Of a stretch of DNA of 64,000 nt, positions 1 to 11,000 are shown piece by piece. Position 1 is the stretch's first letter; each line of letters opens with the position of its first letter. Both the position numbers and the translations under genes were made by a program. This stretch comes from Flavobacteriales bacterium (GTDB taxonomy: Bacteria; Bacteroidota; Bacteroidia; Flavobacteriales_D; UBA2798), in NCBI GenBank assembly GCA_037443205.1, contig JBBIOU010000011.1:1441-65440 (forward strand). The letters run 5' to 3'. Under the pieces are notes generated by a model. It was not told the DNA's origin. It saw only the letters and a list, made by a program, of their open reading frames with translations, and did not search any database.

Positions 1-485
1 GCCACACCTCCGCACAGGTGGTTGGTATCAGCATACCAGTCATATCCTTCAGCAATTTCAAACAGGTTGTCATTAGGGTCTTTTACAAAGAAATGTAATT
101 TACCATCGGGTGCAGTACTGAGCGCTCCAACAATATTTAATTTTTCTTTAGTGAACCATTCGAAACATTTAGTTACATTTTTGCATTTTATGCGTGTAAT
201 AAAAATGCCTAAATCGCCAGCTTGTATATCAAAGGCAGCTTTTTGGGTATTTCTGCTGGTATATTGCCATATTTCAAAGCCACCACCACCTTGTAAACTA
301 AGGGCCAGTGTTGCGGTGCGCGAGTGTACTTGTCCACCGGTATATTTTGTCATTAAAGGAGCCTGGGCAGCTTCTTCAAAAATTTTTATATCAATGCCAA
401 AATATTTTCGGTACCATTTCCATATTTGTTCAACATCCGGTACACCTATGCCTACTTGTTGTATTCCGCTGATAATAAAATTCAT
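1..485 (-). CDS. VOC family (glyoxalase/bleomycin-resistance fold) protein; the C-terminus runs off the window
   Basis: My own translation of the minus strand from the ATG at 485-483 gives MNFIISGIQQVGIGVPDVEQIWKWYRKYFGIDIKIF...DLGIFITRIKCKNV...KLHFFVKDPNDNLFEI. This frame is open to position 1. The alternating beta-alpha-beta pattern is typical of VOC proteins. It displaces the plus-strand track ORF 22..531. Confidence 0.6.
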   Translation of the reverse strand, partial: MNFIISGIQQVGIGVPDVEQIWKWYRKYFGIDIKIFEEAAQAPLMTKYTGGQVHSRTATLALSLQGGGGFEIWQYTSRNTQKAAFDIQAGDLGIFITRIKCKNVTKCFEWFTKEKLNIVGALSTAPDGKLHFFVKDPNDNLFEIAEGYDWYADTNHLCGGV

Positions 486-501
486 TGTAATTGGATTTGT
501 A

Positions 502-825
502 TTAAGTTTCGGGAGCAAGTTCAACGGTTAAACCATCAATAGCATCCGATAATTTTATCTGACATCCTAAACGGGAATTTGCTTTTACATGAAAAGCCTG
601 GTCTAACATGGCCAGTTCATCATCGCTTGGTTCGGGTAACTGATGGTTACTTAATATATAACATTGGCATGAAGCACACAGAGCCATGCCCCCGCAGGTG
701 CCCTCTACGGGTAGTTCGTACGATTTACACAACTCCATTAGATTCATGCCCATATCGGTTGGGGCTTCCAACTCATGTTTTTTACCTAGCCTGTCAATAA
801 CAGTTATTTTAATGGTATTCTGCAT
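502..825 (-). CDS. 2Fe-2S ferredoxin (adrenodoxin/Fdx type)
   Basis: 107 aa. The cysteine cluster CGGMALCASCQC plus the downstream LGCQ is the vertebrate-type 2Fe-2S ligand pattern. Confidence 0.8.
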   Translation of the reverse strand: MQNTIKITVIDRLGKKHELEAPTDMGMNLMELCKSYELPVEGTCGGMALCASCQCYILSNHQLPEPSDDELAMLDQAFHVKANSRLGCQIKLSDAIDGLTVELAPET

Positions 826-831
826 AAACCA

Positions 832-1608
832 TTATTTTACTTTTATGAGTTCCATTTCAAATATCAGGGTAGAATATGGCGGAATACCCGGAAAATCTTT
901 ACCTGCAGGAATGTTATTTTCTTTATATCCTAAGTCGTAGGGCACATAAATTCTGAATTTACTGCCTTCTTTCATTAACTGTAGCGCCTCAACCCAACCA
1001 TCAATCAATTCACCGTATCTAACAGTAGCTTCCAGAGGTTCATTTCTTTTATATGAATTGTCAAATTCAGCCCCATTTAACAGGGTGCCTTTGTAATGAG
1101 CTACAATCACATCGTTTAATTTGGGCTGCTTGCCGGTACCTTGTTTAAGCACTTCATATTGTAAACCCGAGGCAGTACTTTTAATGCCCGGCTTAGAAGC
1201 ATTTTCAGCCATAAATTTTTCGCTTTCGGCTTTATTTCCTTCATATTTTTTAAGCTCTTCCTGCATTATGCGTTGTCGCTCTTTCATAAAAAAATCGCGT
1301 ATTACGAGGCGTGCACTATCGGGCTGCATACTGCTTTCTAATTGGTATACGGCATCTATAAGCCCTTTTGCCACCATGTCACGGTTAATAATAGTATCCA
1401 TCTCACCACCCGTTAATTTACTCATTATCTCTCTGCCGGCATCCAGGCCTATGGCATAGCTTAGCTTATCGTGTACCGATAAAGTATTAACTGCTAACTT
1501 AGCTTTGGATATATTTACATGATCGCTGGTCGGAGTGTTATTTTTACACGAATAAACGAGCGTTGCCGTAACAATCCATAAAAAGATATTATAAGCTTTG
1601 TTTTTCAT
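832..1608 (-). CDS. FKBP-type peptidyl-prolyl cis-trans isomerase (FkpA/Mip-like)
   Basis: It has a signal or lipoprotein N-terminus, a helical N-domain and a C-terminal FKBP domain (VIVAHYKGTLLNGAEFDNSY...LIDGWVEALQLMKEGSKFRIYVP). Confidence 0.85.
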   Translation of the reverse strand: MKNKAYNIFLWIVTATLVYSCKNNTPTSDHVNISKAKLAVNTLSVHDKLSYAIGLDAGREIMSKLTGGEMDTIINRDMVAKGLIDAVYQLESSMQPDSARLVIRDFFMKERQRIMQEELKKYEGNKAESEKFMAENASKPGIKSTASGLQYEVLKQGTGKQPKLNDVIVAHYKGTLLNGAEFDNSYKRNEPLEATVRYGELIDGWVEALQLMKEGSKFRIYVPYDLGYKENNIPAGKDFPGIPPYSTLIFEMELIKVK

Positions 1609-1707
1609 AAAAATATTTTGACGCGAAGATACGGTTTAATCATTGACCGAATACATCTTGATTTTTTTAGAATGTTATTTTTCGATTTATGATGAATAAA
1701 AAATCAA

Positions 1708-1715
1708 TACATTTG
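1708..1715 (+). promoter_or_regulatory. Putative Bacteroidota -7 promoter element for gdhA
   Basis: TACATTTG matches TAnnTTTG and ends 31 nt before the gdhA ATG. Confidence 0.4.
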
Positions 1716-1746
1716 GGCGATAAATAATAAAATACCCAAAAACTAT

Positions 1747-3147
1747 ATGGCAACAAAAACAGCATCTAAAAAAGCCGCTGGCAAGCCCTCTGCAAACGGC
1801 TCGTCTATACATGCAAAGGTAGACGCATTTATGAAACAGGTAGAGGCCAAAAACCCCGGTGAAAAGGAATTTTTACAGGCCGTTCACGAAGTTGTAGAAA
1901 CGGTTATGCCTTATGTTGAGGCTAATCCGAAATATAAAAAAGCCAAAGTTCTGGAACGTATGACAGAACCCGAGCGAGTAATTATGTTCAGAGTGCCCTG
2001 GATAGACGATAAGGGCGAAATGCAAATTAACCGGGGTTATCGCATACAGATGAGCAGCGCTATCGGTCCGTATAAAGGAGGTATTCGTTTCCATCCATCG
2101 GTAAATCTTTCTATTTTAAAATTTTTGGCTTTTGAGCAGGTTTTTAAAAATAGTCTTACTACTTTGCCTATGGGCGGTGGTAAAGGCGGTTCAGATTTCG
2201 ACCCTAAAGGAAAATCGGATAATGAAATTATGCGCTTTTGCCAAAGTTTTATGACCGAGTTATGTAAGCATATCAGTGCAGATACCGATGTTCCTGCAGG
2301 TGATATTGGGGTTGGAGCACGCGAAGTAGGCTATATGTTTGGTCAATATAAACGGATTAAAAACGAGTTTACCGGTGTATTAACAGGTAAAGGAATTACT
2401 TTCGGGGGTTCTTTAATTCGCCCTGAAGCTACCGGATATGGTTGTGTTTATTTTACACAAGAAATGTTGGCAACCAAAAAACAAACTATCAAAGGCAAAG
2501 TGGTAGCTATTTCAGGCTCGGGTAATGTGGCACAATATGCTGCAGAAAAGTGTATACAATTAGGAGCAAAAGTGGTAACCATGAGCGATTCGTCCGGCTA
2601 TATTTACGATAAAGACGGCATTGATGAAAAAAAATTAGCTTATATCATGGAGCTGAAAAACGATAAACAAGCACGCATCAGTGAATATATCAAAAAATAT
2701 AAAACAGCTCAGTTTTTTGCCGGAAAAACTCCCTGGGGCACCAAATGCGATATTGCGCTGCCATGTGCCACACAAAACGAACTTAACGGTAAAGATGCAG
2801 AAACATTAGTAAAAAATGGTGTGATTGCTGTAGCAGAAGGAGCAAATATGCCTTCTACACCCGAAGCTGTAAATTATTTTATCAGTAAAAAAATAATGTT
2901 TGCTCCCGGCAAAGCCTCTAATGCAGGAGGTGTGGCAACATCCGGTTTAGAGATGAGCCAAAACTCATTGCGTTTATCGTGGACTCGTGAAGAGGTAGAT
3001 GAGCGCTTGCACAATATTATGAAAAACATACATGCTACTTGTGTAAAGTATGGCAAGGAAGGAGATTACATTAATTATGTAAAAGGAGCCAATGTAGGCG
3101 GTTTTATTAAAGTAGCCGAAGCCATGATTGGTCAGGGACATGTGTGA
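1747..3147 (+). CDS. gdhA: NADP-specific glutamate dehydrogenase
   Basis: 466 aa. It carries the hallmark GDH motifs LPMGGGKGGSDFDPKG and the GSGNVAQYAAEK Rossmann loop. Confidence 0.95.
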   Translation: MATKTASKKAAGKPSANGSSIHAKVDAFMKQVEAKNPGEKEFLQAVHEVVETVMPYVEANPKYKKAKVLERMTEPERVIMFRVPWIDDKGEMQINRGYRIQMSSAIGPYKGGIRFHPSVNLSILKFLAFEQVFKNSLTTLPMGGGKGGSDFDPKGKSDNEIMRFCQSFMTELCKHISADTDVPAGDIGVGAREVGYMFGQYKRIKNEFTGVLTGKGITFGGSLIRPEATGYGCVYFTQEMLATKKQTIKGKVVAISGSGNVAQYAAEKCIQLGAKVVTMSDSSGYIYDKDGIDEKKLAYIMELKNDKQARISEYIKKYKTAQFFAGKTPWGTKCDIALPCATQNELNGKDAETLVKNGVIAVAEGANMPSTPEAVNYFISKKIMFAPGKASNAGGVATSGLEMSQNSLRLSWTREEVDERLHNIMKNIHATCVKYGKEGDYINYVKGANVGGFIKVAEAMIGQGHV

Positions 3148-3176
3148 TTGATTTTATTGCAATTTTTTATATATTC

Positions 3177-3205
3177 AAAAGCCCCGTAAATTTTACGGGG
3201 CTTTT
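3177..3205. terminator. Bidirectional rho-independent terminator between convergent gdhA and recQ
   Basis: The stem gccccgtaaa / tttacggggc is perfect. It is flanked by AAAA on the 5' side and TTTT on the 3' side. Confidence 0.8.
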
Positions 3206-3243
3206 GTGTGGTATATTTTAGAGTTATAAATTGTATATATTGG

Positions 3244-5448
3244 CTAATTAGCCATTTCACTCATAAATTTAATGCGCATCAAACGTAATTCTTCTTCGGA
3301 GTAGTCTCCGTCAAATTCGAGGTAGGCATCTTCTATAGAGTCGGTTTCTGCTTCCCGGAAATAATCATAAATTTCTTCCTGATTTTCTTTATCAAGAATT
3401 TCATCAATATAATAATTGATATTTATACGAGTACCTGAAGAAACGATACTTTCTATTTCGGCAATAATTTCATCGGTAGTTTTTGATTGTGCTTTAGCGA
3501 TAGCTTCCAGGGGTAGCTTACGGTCAATATTTTGGATGATTTGCACTTTTGCTGCCGATTTGTTGGCAACGCTTTTCACCACAAAATCCTGCGGACGTTC
3601 AATTTCGTTTTCTTCAACGTATTTTTTAATGAGTTCAACAAAGGGTTTACCAAAACGTTCGGCTTTGCCTTGTCCTACACCCGATATTTTGGTTAACTCT
3701 TCAAGGGTGATGGGATATTGTATGGCCATGTCTTCAATAGAAGGATCTTGAAACACAACAAAGGGAGGAACATTTTTTTGTTTGGCCACCTGTTTACGCA
3801 GATCTTTTAACATAGCCATCAGTGTTTCATCAACTCCCCCTGATGACCCATTACCGGCTTTTGTGATAATATCATCATCATCATCTATGCCGTCACCTTC
3901 GTAATCGTGTTCTTTTATGATTTCAAACGGGTAAGGATTTTTCAAAAATTCGTTTCCGCGCTTGGTAACGTGAAGTACTCCATACGATTCTATTTCTTTT
4001 TCGATAAAACCTGAAACAATACACTGGCGAATTACTGCATGCCAAAATTTATCGCTATACTCAGAGCCTTCTCCAAAAATGTCGAGTTTATCGTGTTTGT
4101 ATGTTTTTACTTCTGATGAAATATCGCCACACAAAACATTTACAATATGTTTGGCTTTATGTTTTTCTTTGGTTTCCAGGATGGTTTCTAAAAGCAATTT
4201 AACATATTCTTGTCCTTCTATTCTTTCTTTAGGATGTTTGCAGTTGTCGCAATGGTCGGAACATTTACTTTCATCAAAGGCCTCGCCAAAATAGTGTAAT
4301 AAATATTTTCTTCGGCACATAGAAGTTTCGGCAAACGAAACCATTTCATGGAGCAGTTGTTTGCCTATTTCCATTTCGGCAACGTGCTTACCGTTTAAAA
4401 ATTTTTCAAGTTTTTCAATGTCTTTGTAGCTGTAAAATGCCAAACATATTCCTTCACCTCCGTCTCTGCCTGCACGGCCGGTTTCCTGGTAGTAAGATTC
4501 TAAACTTTTAGGGATATCATGGTGGATCACGTATCGCACATCCGGTTTGTCTATACCCATACCAAATGCGATAGTAGCTACTATAACGTCTGCATCTTCC
4601 ATCAAAAACATATCCTGATGTTTGGAGCGAACTTTGGCGTCTAATCCTGCATGATAGGGCAAGGCTTTAATGCCGTTTACAGAGAGTATTTCGGCAAGTT
4701 CTTCAACTTTTTTGCGGCTAAGGCAATACACAATACCTGATTTGCCGGGGTGTTGTTTGATAAATTTAATGATTTCTTTAACAACGTCTCTTTTAGGACG
4801 TACTTCGTAATATAAGTTTGGTCGGTTAAATGATGCCTTAAAAACAGTAGCATCCATCATGCCCAGGTTTTTTTGAATATCGGCCTGTACCTTAGGAGTA
4901 GCAGTAGCTGTAAGCGCCATGATGGGTACTTTACCATCTACCTGATCAAACAATGTTCTTAATTTTCGATATTCCGGCCTGAAGTCGTGCCCCCATTCGG
5001 AGATACAATGTGCTTCATCAATGGCAAAGAAAGAAATTTTAACTCCGGCTAAAAAATCAATATTTTCTTGTTTGGTTAATGATTCGGGAGCAACGTATAA
5101 TAGTTTGGTTTTACCTTCGGTTATGTTTTTTTTTACTCTTAGTGTTTCGGTTTTGTTTAATGATGAGTTTAAAAAGTGTGCCACACTGTCATCGCTTCCG
5201 AAATTACGGATAGAATCTACCTGGTTTTTCATCAGAGCAATCAGCGGAGATACAATAATGGCAGTACCTTCCATCATCAGTGCGGGAAGTTGATAGCAGA
5301 GTGATTTTCCTCCCCCGGTAGGCATGATAACAAAGGTGTTGTTGCCGGCAAGAACGTTTTTAATTATATCTTCCTGGCGACCTTTAAAAGTGTTAAATCC
5401 AAAGAATTTTTGCAGTGCTTTTTTGGGTGTGAGTTCTAAAGTTTCCAT
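3244..5448 (-). CDS. recQ: ATP-dependent DNA helicase RecQ
   Basis: 734 aa. Motifs present: FGFNTFKGRQEDII, PTGGGKSLCYQLPA, DEAHCISEWGHDFRPEY, a zinc-binding Cys cluster and a C-terminal HRDC-like region. Confidence 0.95.
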   Translation of the reverse strand: METLELTPKKALQKFFGFNTFKGRQEDIIKNVLAGNNTFVIMPTGGGKSLCYQLPALMMEGTAIIVSPLIALMKNQVDSIRNFGSDDSVAHFLNSSLNKTETLRVKKNITEGKTKLLYVAPESLTKQENIDFLAGVKISFFAIDEAHCISEWGHDFRPEYRKLRTLFDQVDGKVPIMALTATATPKVQADIQKNLGMMDATVFKASFNRPNLYYEVRPKRDVVKEIIKFIKQHPGKSGIVYCLSRKKVEELAEILSVNGIKALPYHAGLDAKVRSKHQDMFLMEDADVIVATIAFGMGIDKPDVRYVIHHDIPKSLESYYQETGRAGRDGGEGICLAFYSYKDIEKLEKFLNGKHVAEMEIGKQLLHEMVSFAETSMCRRKYLLHYFGEAFDESKCSDHCDNCKHPKERIEGQEYVKLLLETILETKEKHKAKHIVNVLCGDISSEVKTYKHDKLDIFGEGSEYSDKFWHAVIRQCIVSGFIEKEIESYGVLHVTKRGNEFLKNPYPFEIIKEHDYEGDGIDDDDDIITKAGNGSSGGVDETLMAMLKDLRKQVAKQKNVPPFVVFQDPSIEDMAIQYPITLEELTKISGVGQGKAERFGKPFVELIKKYVEENEIERPQDFVVKSVANKSAAKVQIIQNIDRKLPLEAIAKAQSKTTDEIIAEIESIVSSGTRININYYIDEILDKENQEEIYDYFREAETDSIEDAYLEFDGDYSEEELRLMRIKFMSEMAN

Positions 5449-5614
5449 TTTTAATTAAATACTATAATTTTTTATGTTAATATTTTATTTATAACACTAA
5501 TATATGATAATTTGCAAAAGTGTAGTAAAAAAATAAGACACTTTAACATTTTTTTTCTACTTAAATGCGGTTTTTAGCGATTAAAAGGTGGTTGGGTGTA
5601 TGGGTGTTGAAAAT

Positions 5615-5668
5615 TAAACCCAAAATTGTCTATTAGCTGCGCATGCCATGATTAACCCAAATTAAGTT
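5615..5668. repeat. Weak or partial copy of the dispersed intergenic repeat family (copy F)
   Basis: It shares ccaaaattgtc and the core ttaacccaaat with copies D and B. See the findings. Confidence 0.35.
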
Positions 5669-5672
5669 CTGT

Positions 5673-6360
5673 TTAAAGCAGATTGAGAGAGTTCATCAGG
5701 TGTTCTTTATAGTTTTTGCCAATGGGTATATTTTTATCTTGTATGTAAATATTGTTGTCTTCAATGCTTTCAATTTTATCGAGGCGTACTATAAAAAAAA
5801 GAGCGGTGAACTCTTATAAATTCGGGTGGGGGTAATTTTTGTTCTATTTCTTTCATGGTAGAAAGTACTGTGTGTCGTCCGCTGGGAATGTACAAGTTTA
5901 CATAATTGCCCAGTGCTTCGATGTATAATATGTTTTGTGTAAAAACTTGTACAAGTCTTGAGTCGGTTTTTATAAAAATAGTTTTGGCATGGGTTGAACT
6001 TTCTACCGGTCGTAAAAAATTTTTACGGGCTTTTTCTACGGCTTTAAAAAACCTTGCGTGCGAAATAGGTTTAACAACAAAATCAGTTACATTATATTCG
6101 TATGATTCAACTGCAAACTCGGCATGCGAGGTAATTAATATGACCTGAGGAACCACATCGAGGCTTTTAATCAATTCCAGTCCGCTCATTTTAGGCATAT
6201 CCACATCCAGAAAAATCAGGTCTATTTCTTCGTTTTTTAATACATTAAAGGCCTCCATGGCATCTTTACATATTTTTACCAATTCCAGATCGGTTTCGGC
6301 AACCAGGTCGGCCATAATGTTTCTGGATAGTTCATCATCGTCTACTATTATACAGCGCAT
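5673..6360 (-). pseudogene. LytTR-family response regulator (REC + LytTR domains), reading frame broken in an A8/T8 homopolymer
   Basis: The track ORF 5776..6360 ends ...RVHRSFFYSTPR*. Removing one base of the A8 run at 5793-5800 restores ...RVHRSFFIVRLDKIESIEDNNIYIQDKNIPIGKNYKEHLMNSLNLL*, with the stop at 5675-5673. That is the expected LytTR C-terminus and gives about 228 aa. Confidence 0.8.
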
Positions 6361-6374
6361 ATTATTGGTTTTTT

Positions 6375-8012
6375 TTAGATTTCTTGTTGTATCATTTTTA
6401 ATTCTTCGATTGCTTTATTGCAGGTTTGTTCAATTTCTGCAAAATATAATTTCATTTCGTTATCATTTAATTGTTCAAGTTTAGCATATTCTGTTGAAGA
6501 AAACAAGCGGCTGAGACTTTTTATGCCCATGTAGGCAACTATTCCTTTGATTTTATGGATGCTTTCGCGTATAGACTTATAGTCTTTGTTTAAGGCATGT
6601 TGCTTTAATATTTCCAATTCATCGGGCAGGTTTTGCAAAAATATGTTTATGTATTTTAAAATACGTTCTTTATTATCTTTGGTTAGTTCCTGCAAATGTT
6701 CTAAGTCTACATATTTAAAGCGTTGCAGTTTTTCGTTCAGTCGCCATTTTTTTTGTATTTGGTTAAGTATTTTATTGCCCAGTAAATTAATGTCAATGGG
6801 TTTGGCAATGTAATCATTCATACCTGCTTTAAAACAGCTTTCGGCTACATTTTCCAAGGCATGTGCAGTCATGGCAATGATAGGTGTTTCACTGCGCGGG
6901 TATTTCATGTTTTTACGGATGTATTGGCACACTTCATAGCCATTTTTTTTAGGCATTTGTAAATCCATAAGTACCACATCAAATGACTCTTTTTGCATTT
7001 TAATTATAGCATCTTCTCCGTCTTCTGCCAGTTCAATTTGCAAAGCGTTATTAGCTTCTTTCAATAAATCATGTAGTATTTCGCGGTTTATCAGATTATC
7101 GTCAACGGCCAGAATTTTTATATTACCTAATTTTTCAAAAGGATTTGTATTGGCGTTTTGTTGCTGTTCGGTTTTTTCGTTAGTTTTTTCGTAGGTTATT
7201 TCAACCGTAAAGGTAGTTCCCTCCAGGTATTGGCTTTTAACATCAATGGTTCCGTTTTGCAGTTCTACCAGTTTTTTGGTAATTGCCAGGCCTAAGCCAG
7301 TGCCACCACTGTGTTTTATGGTATGACGTGTTTCTTGTTGATATTGATTAAAGATAGTACTCAGATTACTTTTTCTTATGCCTTTACCGGTGTCAATTAC
7401 TTCAAAGCGTAATTTTATTTTTTCTGCATCTTCGGATACGATGCTTACTTTAAGTTCTACTTTTCCTATGTCGGTAAATTTAATGGCATTGGTAGTAAGG
7501 TTAATTAAAATTTGATTGAGGTGTTTGGCATCTCCGCAAATTACGGGGGGTATGTTTTTATCAATATCGGTAATAAATTGTATGCCTTTTTGTTCAGCCC
7601 TGAATGATAACATTTGATGAATGCCGCTTATTAATTCGCTAATCATAAAATTAACGCTTCTTATTTCTACCATGTTGCTGTCTAACTTGGCTAAGTCCAA
7701 AACGTCATTTACAATTAGCAGGGCGCTATCAACGCTTGCCTGAATCGTGTCAACATATTTTTTTTGTTTATCATCAAGTCTTAATTTTGATAATAATTGT
7801 GCGCCACCGGCAATTGCATTTAAAGGGGTTCTAAGTTCGTGGCTGGTATAAGCCAAATAGCGTTCATGTTCGAGCAAAGTATTTTTTGCCTGTTCGGCTT
7901 CTTTTATCAGGAGTGCATTTTCTTGTTTTAATTTTCGGTTATGCACATAGAATAAACCAGCCGCTATTAAAAATATGATGGCAAGCGATATGAAAATAAT
8001 TAGCAGCAACAC
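6375..8012 (-). CDS. Hybrid sensor histidine kinase (TM, HisKA, HATPase_c, REC, Hpt)
   Basis: Motifs present: SHELRTPLNAI (H-box), GTGLGLAITKKLVELQNG (G2 box), the receiver DVVLMDLQMPKKNG and a C-terminal Hpt (HKIKG). There is a single N-terminal TM helix with no periplasmic or PAS input domain. The only start before the TM helix is a GTG at 8012. Confidence 0.9.
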   Translation of the reverse strand: MLLLIIFISLAIIFLIAAGLFYVHNRKLKQENALLIKEAEQAKNTLLEHERYLAYTSHELRTPLNAIAGGAQLLSKLRLDDKQKKYVDTIQASVDSALLIVNDVLDLAKLDSNMVEIRSVNFMISELISGIHQMLSFRAEQKGIQFITDIDKNIPPVICGDAKHLNQILINLTTNAIKFTDIGKVELKVSIVSEDAEKIKLRFEVIDTGKGIRKSNLSTIFNQYQQETRHTIKHSGGTGLGLAITKKLVELQNGTIDVKSQYLEGTTFTVEITYEKTNEKTEQQQNANTNPFEKLGNIKILAVDDNLINREILHDLLKEANNALQIELAEDGEDAIIKMQKESFDVVLMDLQMPKKNGYEVCQYIRKNMKYPRSETPIIAMTAHALENVAESCFKAGMNDYIAKPIDINLLGNKILNQIQKKWRLNEKLQRFKYVDLEHLQELTKDNKERILKYINIFLQNLPDELEILKQHALNKDYKSIRESIHKIKGIVAYMGIKSLSRLFSSTEYAKLEQLNDNEMKLYFAEIEQTCNKAIEELKMIQQEI

Positions 8013-11000
8013 TAATGTTTTTGAAATACAGCTATCCGGTTATTAATTTTTACAAAATATTTGCCTGCGGCTAAAACAGTGGGGTCGAGCTTAATTTTGT
8101 TTTCGCCAGGGTTGAGGTTTACAATTTTGCTGAATATTAATTTACCGTTTATGTCATATATTTCCAGTGGTGTGTTTTTATAGTTGTCGCTAAACAGAAT
8201 GATATGAGTTTGTTCATTTATCGGATTGGGGAATACCAACAAGGTGTGGTTTTCTTCAAGGTTGTTTACCTGGTTAGCATTTAAAACAACGATGGATTTT
8301 GTAAGGGTATCATTGGGGCAGGTGCCATTTATGGCTATTAAACTAACCATATATACTCCGGGTTGTGTGTATAAATGCCAGGGGTTAAATCCGGTAGAGA
8401 AGTTGCCATCTCCAAAATTCCAATAATAACCATTGGCATTCACCGACTGATTGTTAAAGCCTACAAATGCATTGGGTAAATAAACGGTATCATTGGTTTC
8501 GGTAAATTGTGCTAAGGGCAAGGGGTCAATTTGTATTTGAATAGTTTGTTCTAACGAATCTATCCCGCCCGGTCCGGTGGCAATAAGTTTTACGTTGTAT
8601 GTGCCGCTGCTTGCATAATATACTTTAGGAGCAACGGCAGTGCTGGTTGCGGGGCTGCCACCGGGAAAAAACCAGTAATACGAATTTGCATTTGAGGTGT
8701 TATTGATAAAGGTTACCGAATCGTTTATGCAGAGGTAAGAGCTTTGTGCATAGTAATTAACGGTTGGAGGTGTAAATGGTACTTGCAGCAGTTGTCCGTC
8801 AGAAGAACTGATGGGAGAGAGCAAGCCTGCCCCGTTTTCTGCACGTACCGAAAAATAATAAGTGGTTCCGTAACTGAGGTTTAAGCCGGTAACTGTTACT
8901 GAATCGTACCAGGCATTGTCAGTCCAGTTTTGTATATCGGTTTGTGCAGGTGCTGTACCAATGGCAAACCAGTATCTGGCTATATCTGAGTGTGTATCGG
9001 AGGAGCTACTCCAATTAGCAGACAACTGGGTATTGTTGTAAGTAATATTTATATCGGCACCGGTACCGTCATTAACTTGTATGATGCTATTGGGGGCGGT
9101 CCAGTCAACGTTTATGTTTTGAAGGCTTTCGGCAGAAATATTTCCGGCATTATCGTTAACGATGGATTTTATTTTTCCGGCCGGTGTAAGGGGGTTGGTA
9201 TTTTGATAACGCAAATCGCCATTTGCACCCACTAAAATATTTGTGCTTGTATTTCTGCTTCTGAATATTTTAAAGTTGTTTACTGTATAAATACAATTTC
9301 CGCTTCTAAATGAAACGTAATTACCCGAGGCGTATGGCGAAGAGTCTGTCCAGGTTTGCACCAGGCTATTGTCTATGTATATCATATGTTTGCCGGTAAT
9401 TCTATCATACATTACTTTAAAATCGTACCATTGATTAGCGTTAAAGTTAAAGTTAACTTCATCTACCATGGTAAAAACATCATTGGTTACTTTATATAAT
9501 TGTACTTTATCGTTATCTAACCTGAACCAGATAAAATAAGAATTTCCTCTGTTTGTTAAATTGGGTTGGTCGCAAAAATAGTGTAGTCCTGCTCTGCGAT
9601 TGTTTCCGCTGCCTTCCATTTTACCGGCCCAGTGATATAAGTAGCGATTGCTTAGCGAGTGATTGATGTAGGCATATATATTGGTATTTCCGTTGTTTTC
9701 GTCAGTTTGTTGCAGATACCCGTTGTTTATATTCCAGTTGCCGGATGCATTGGTCCAGTCGGGATGAATGTTTGGTAAATCAAAATTATCGCTAAAAAAA
9801 CCTCTTTGTGCATTGGCTCTCCAGTCGGTGCCATCAAAATCTATAACCTGATAAAAAGCTTTTTCAATGCCGCTACCGCCCACATTGTCGGCATCATTAA
9901 AGTTTACGATAAAGTCTTGGGTTACCCAGTTGGCAGGAGGCAAAATTTGGGTGGTGGGCGGTGTAAGGTCGCTGGGTGGAGGCGGGGTGGCATTGCTGGT
10001 CCAGGATGCTGCCCAGCCTGCGGCCGTAGTGGCGCAATCAGAACGAAATTCAACCAAAATTGCTCCCCCGCTCGAGGTAACAGTTCCCGGACTGTTGGTG
10101 CCGGTGTATTTACCAATGAGTGGTGAAGAAGTATTGTTTCCATTGTAGATGAACAAAAAATCCCAGTTGTTTTCCAGATTGAAACTGCTAAAAGTAAGTG
10201 TTACCGAAGTTGCTCCGGGAGGTGCAATCAACCAGAGTTTACGTTCGTCATTGGCATAATTACCGCTTTGACCACCACTGTCGTAAAATGTTCCGGAGGT
10301 AGTGTTAAGCGGTGTAATTATCGGATTATCATTGATTAATTTATAATATTTTTCCCAATCCCAATTTATACCCGGGTCGGTATGGGTTTGGTTGGGATAA
10401 TGCTGGTGGCCTTTAATTTTTGTACAACTGCCTAATACATTTATGCCTGATGATGAATTGCCAAAGTAAGTTCTAAGCGGATTTATGCCATAACCACTGT
10501 TGCATACATCTTTGCTGATATTGGCACTTGATTGATACATTACCTGGGTGTACCATTGCGGTTGAGTTACATAGCCTTCGTGCTCGTAGCCTATGGTATA
10601 TGGATTTTCGCTGCCTACGTGCCAGGCTTTATTTGCTTCTAATACCATTTGAGTAATTTGACCATCGGATGAGCGTAAAACATAATGAAATGAAACATTT
10701 GAATTGCAGTTTTGCGACCAGGAAATAGCTCCGGCATAGGTGCCTTGAATGGTATGTATGGTAATGGCAGAAACGGGGGTGCCGTTGCGCGAACTGTAAT
10801 TACAAGTAGGGGCTGGATTCCATAGCGCAGGGCCGTAATCAGGCGAACGGTAATTGCCTTCATCTTGTAAGAATTGATAGGTGATACCGGTTTCTGTTTT
10901 TAATCCTTGCGGGGTTATTTTTATTTTCTGAGCTTGTAATACCTGTAAATTATCGCCATAAATATCTTGCAGATTGATTGCATAGTTGGGGAAATTGTAT

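Noticed and set aside
22-531. 169-aa plus-strand track ORF at the left edge
   Set aside because: It has low-complexity, Cys/Phe-rich composition. The opposite strand encodes a well-formed VOC-family protein starting at 485 that accounts for the region.
9806-10148. A cluster of three overlapping antisense or alternative-frame ORFs in a locally GC-rich patch
   Set aside because: The patch encodes the Ala/Pro/Thr-rich linker (CATTAAGWAASWTSNATPPPPSDLTPPTT) of the 1175-aa amidase. GC-rich linkers lack stops in other frames, so these ORFs are artefacts.
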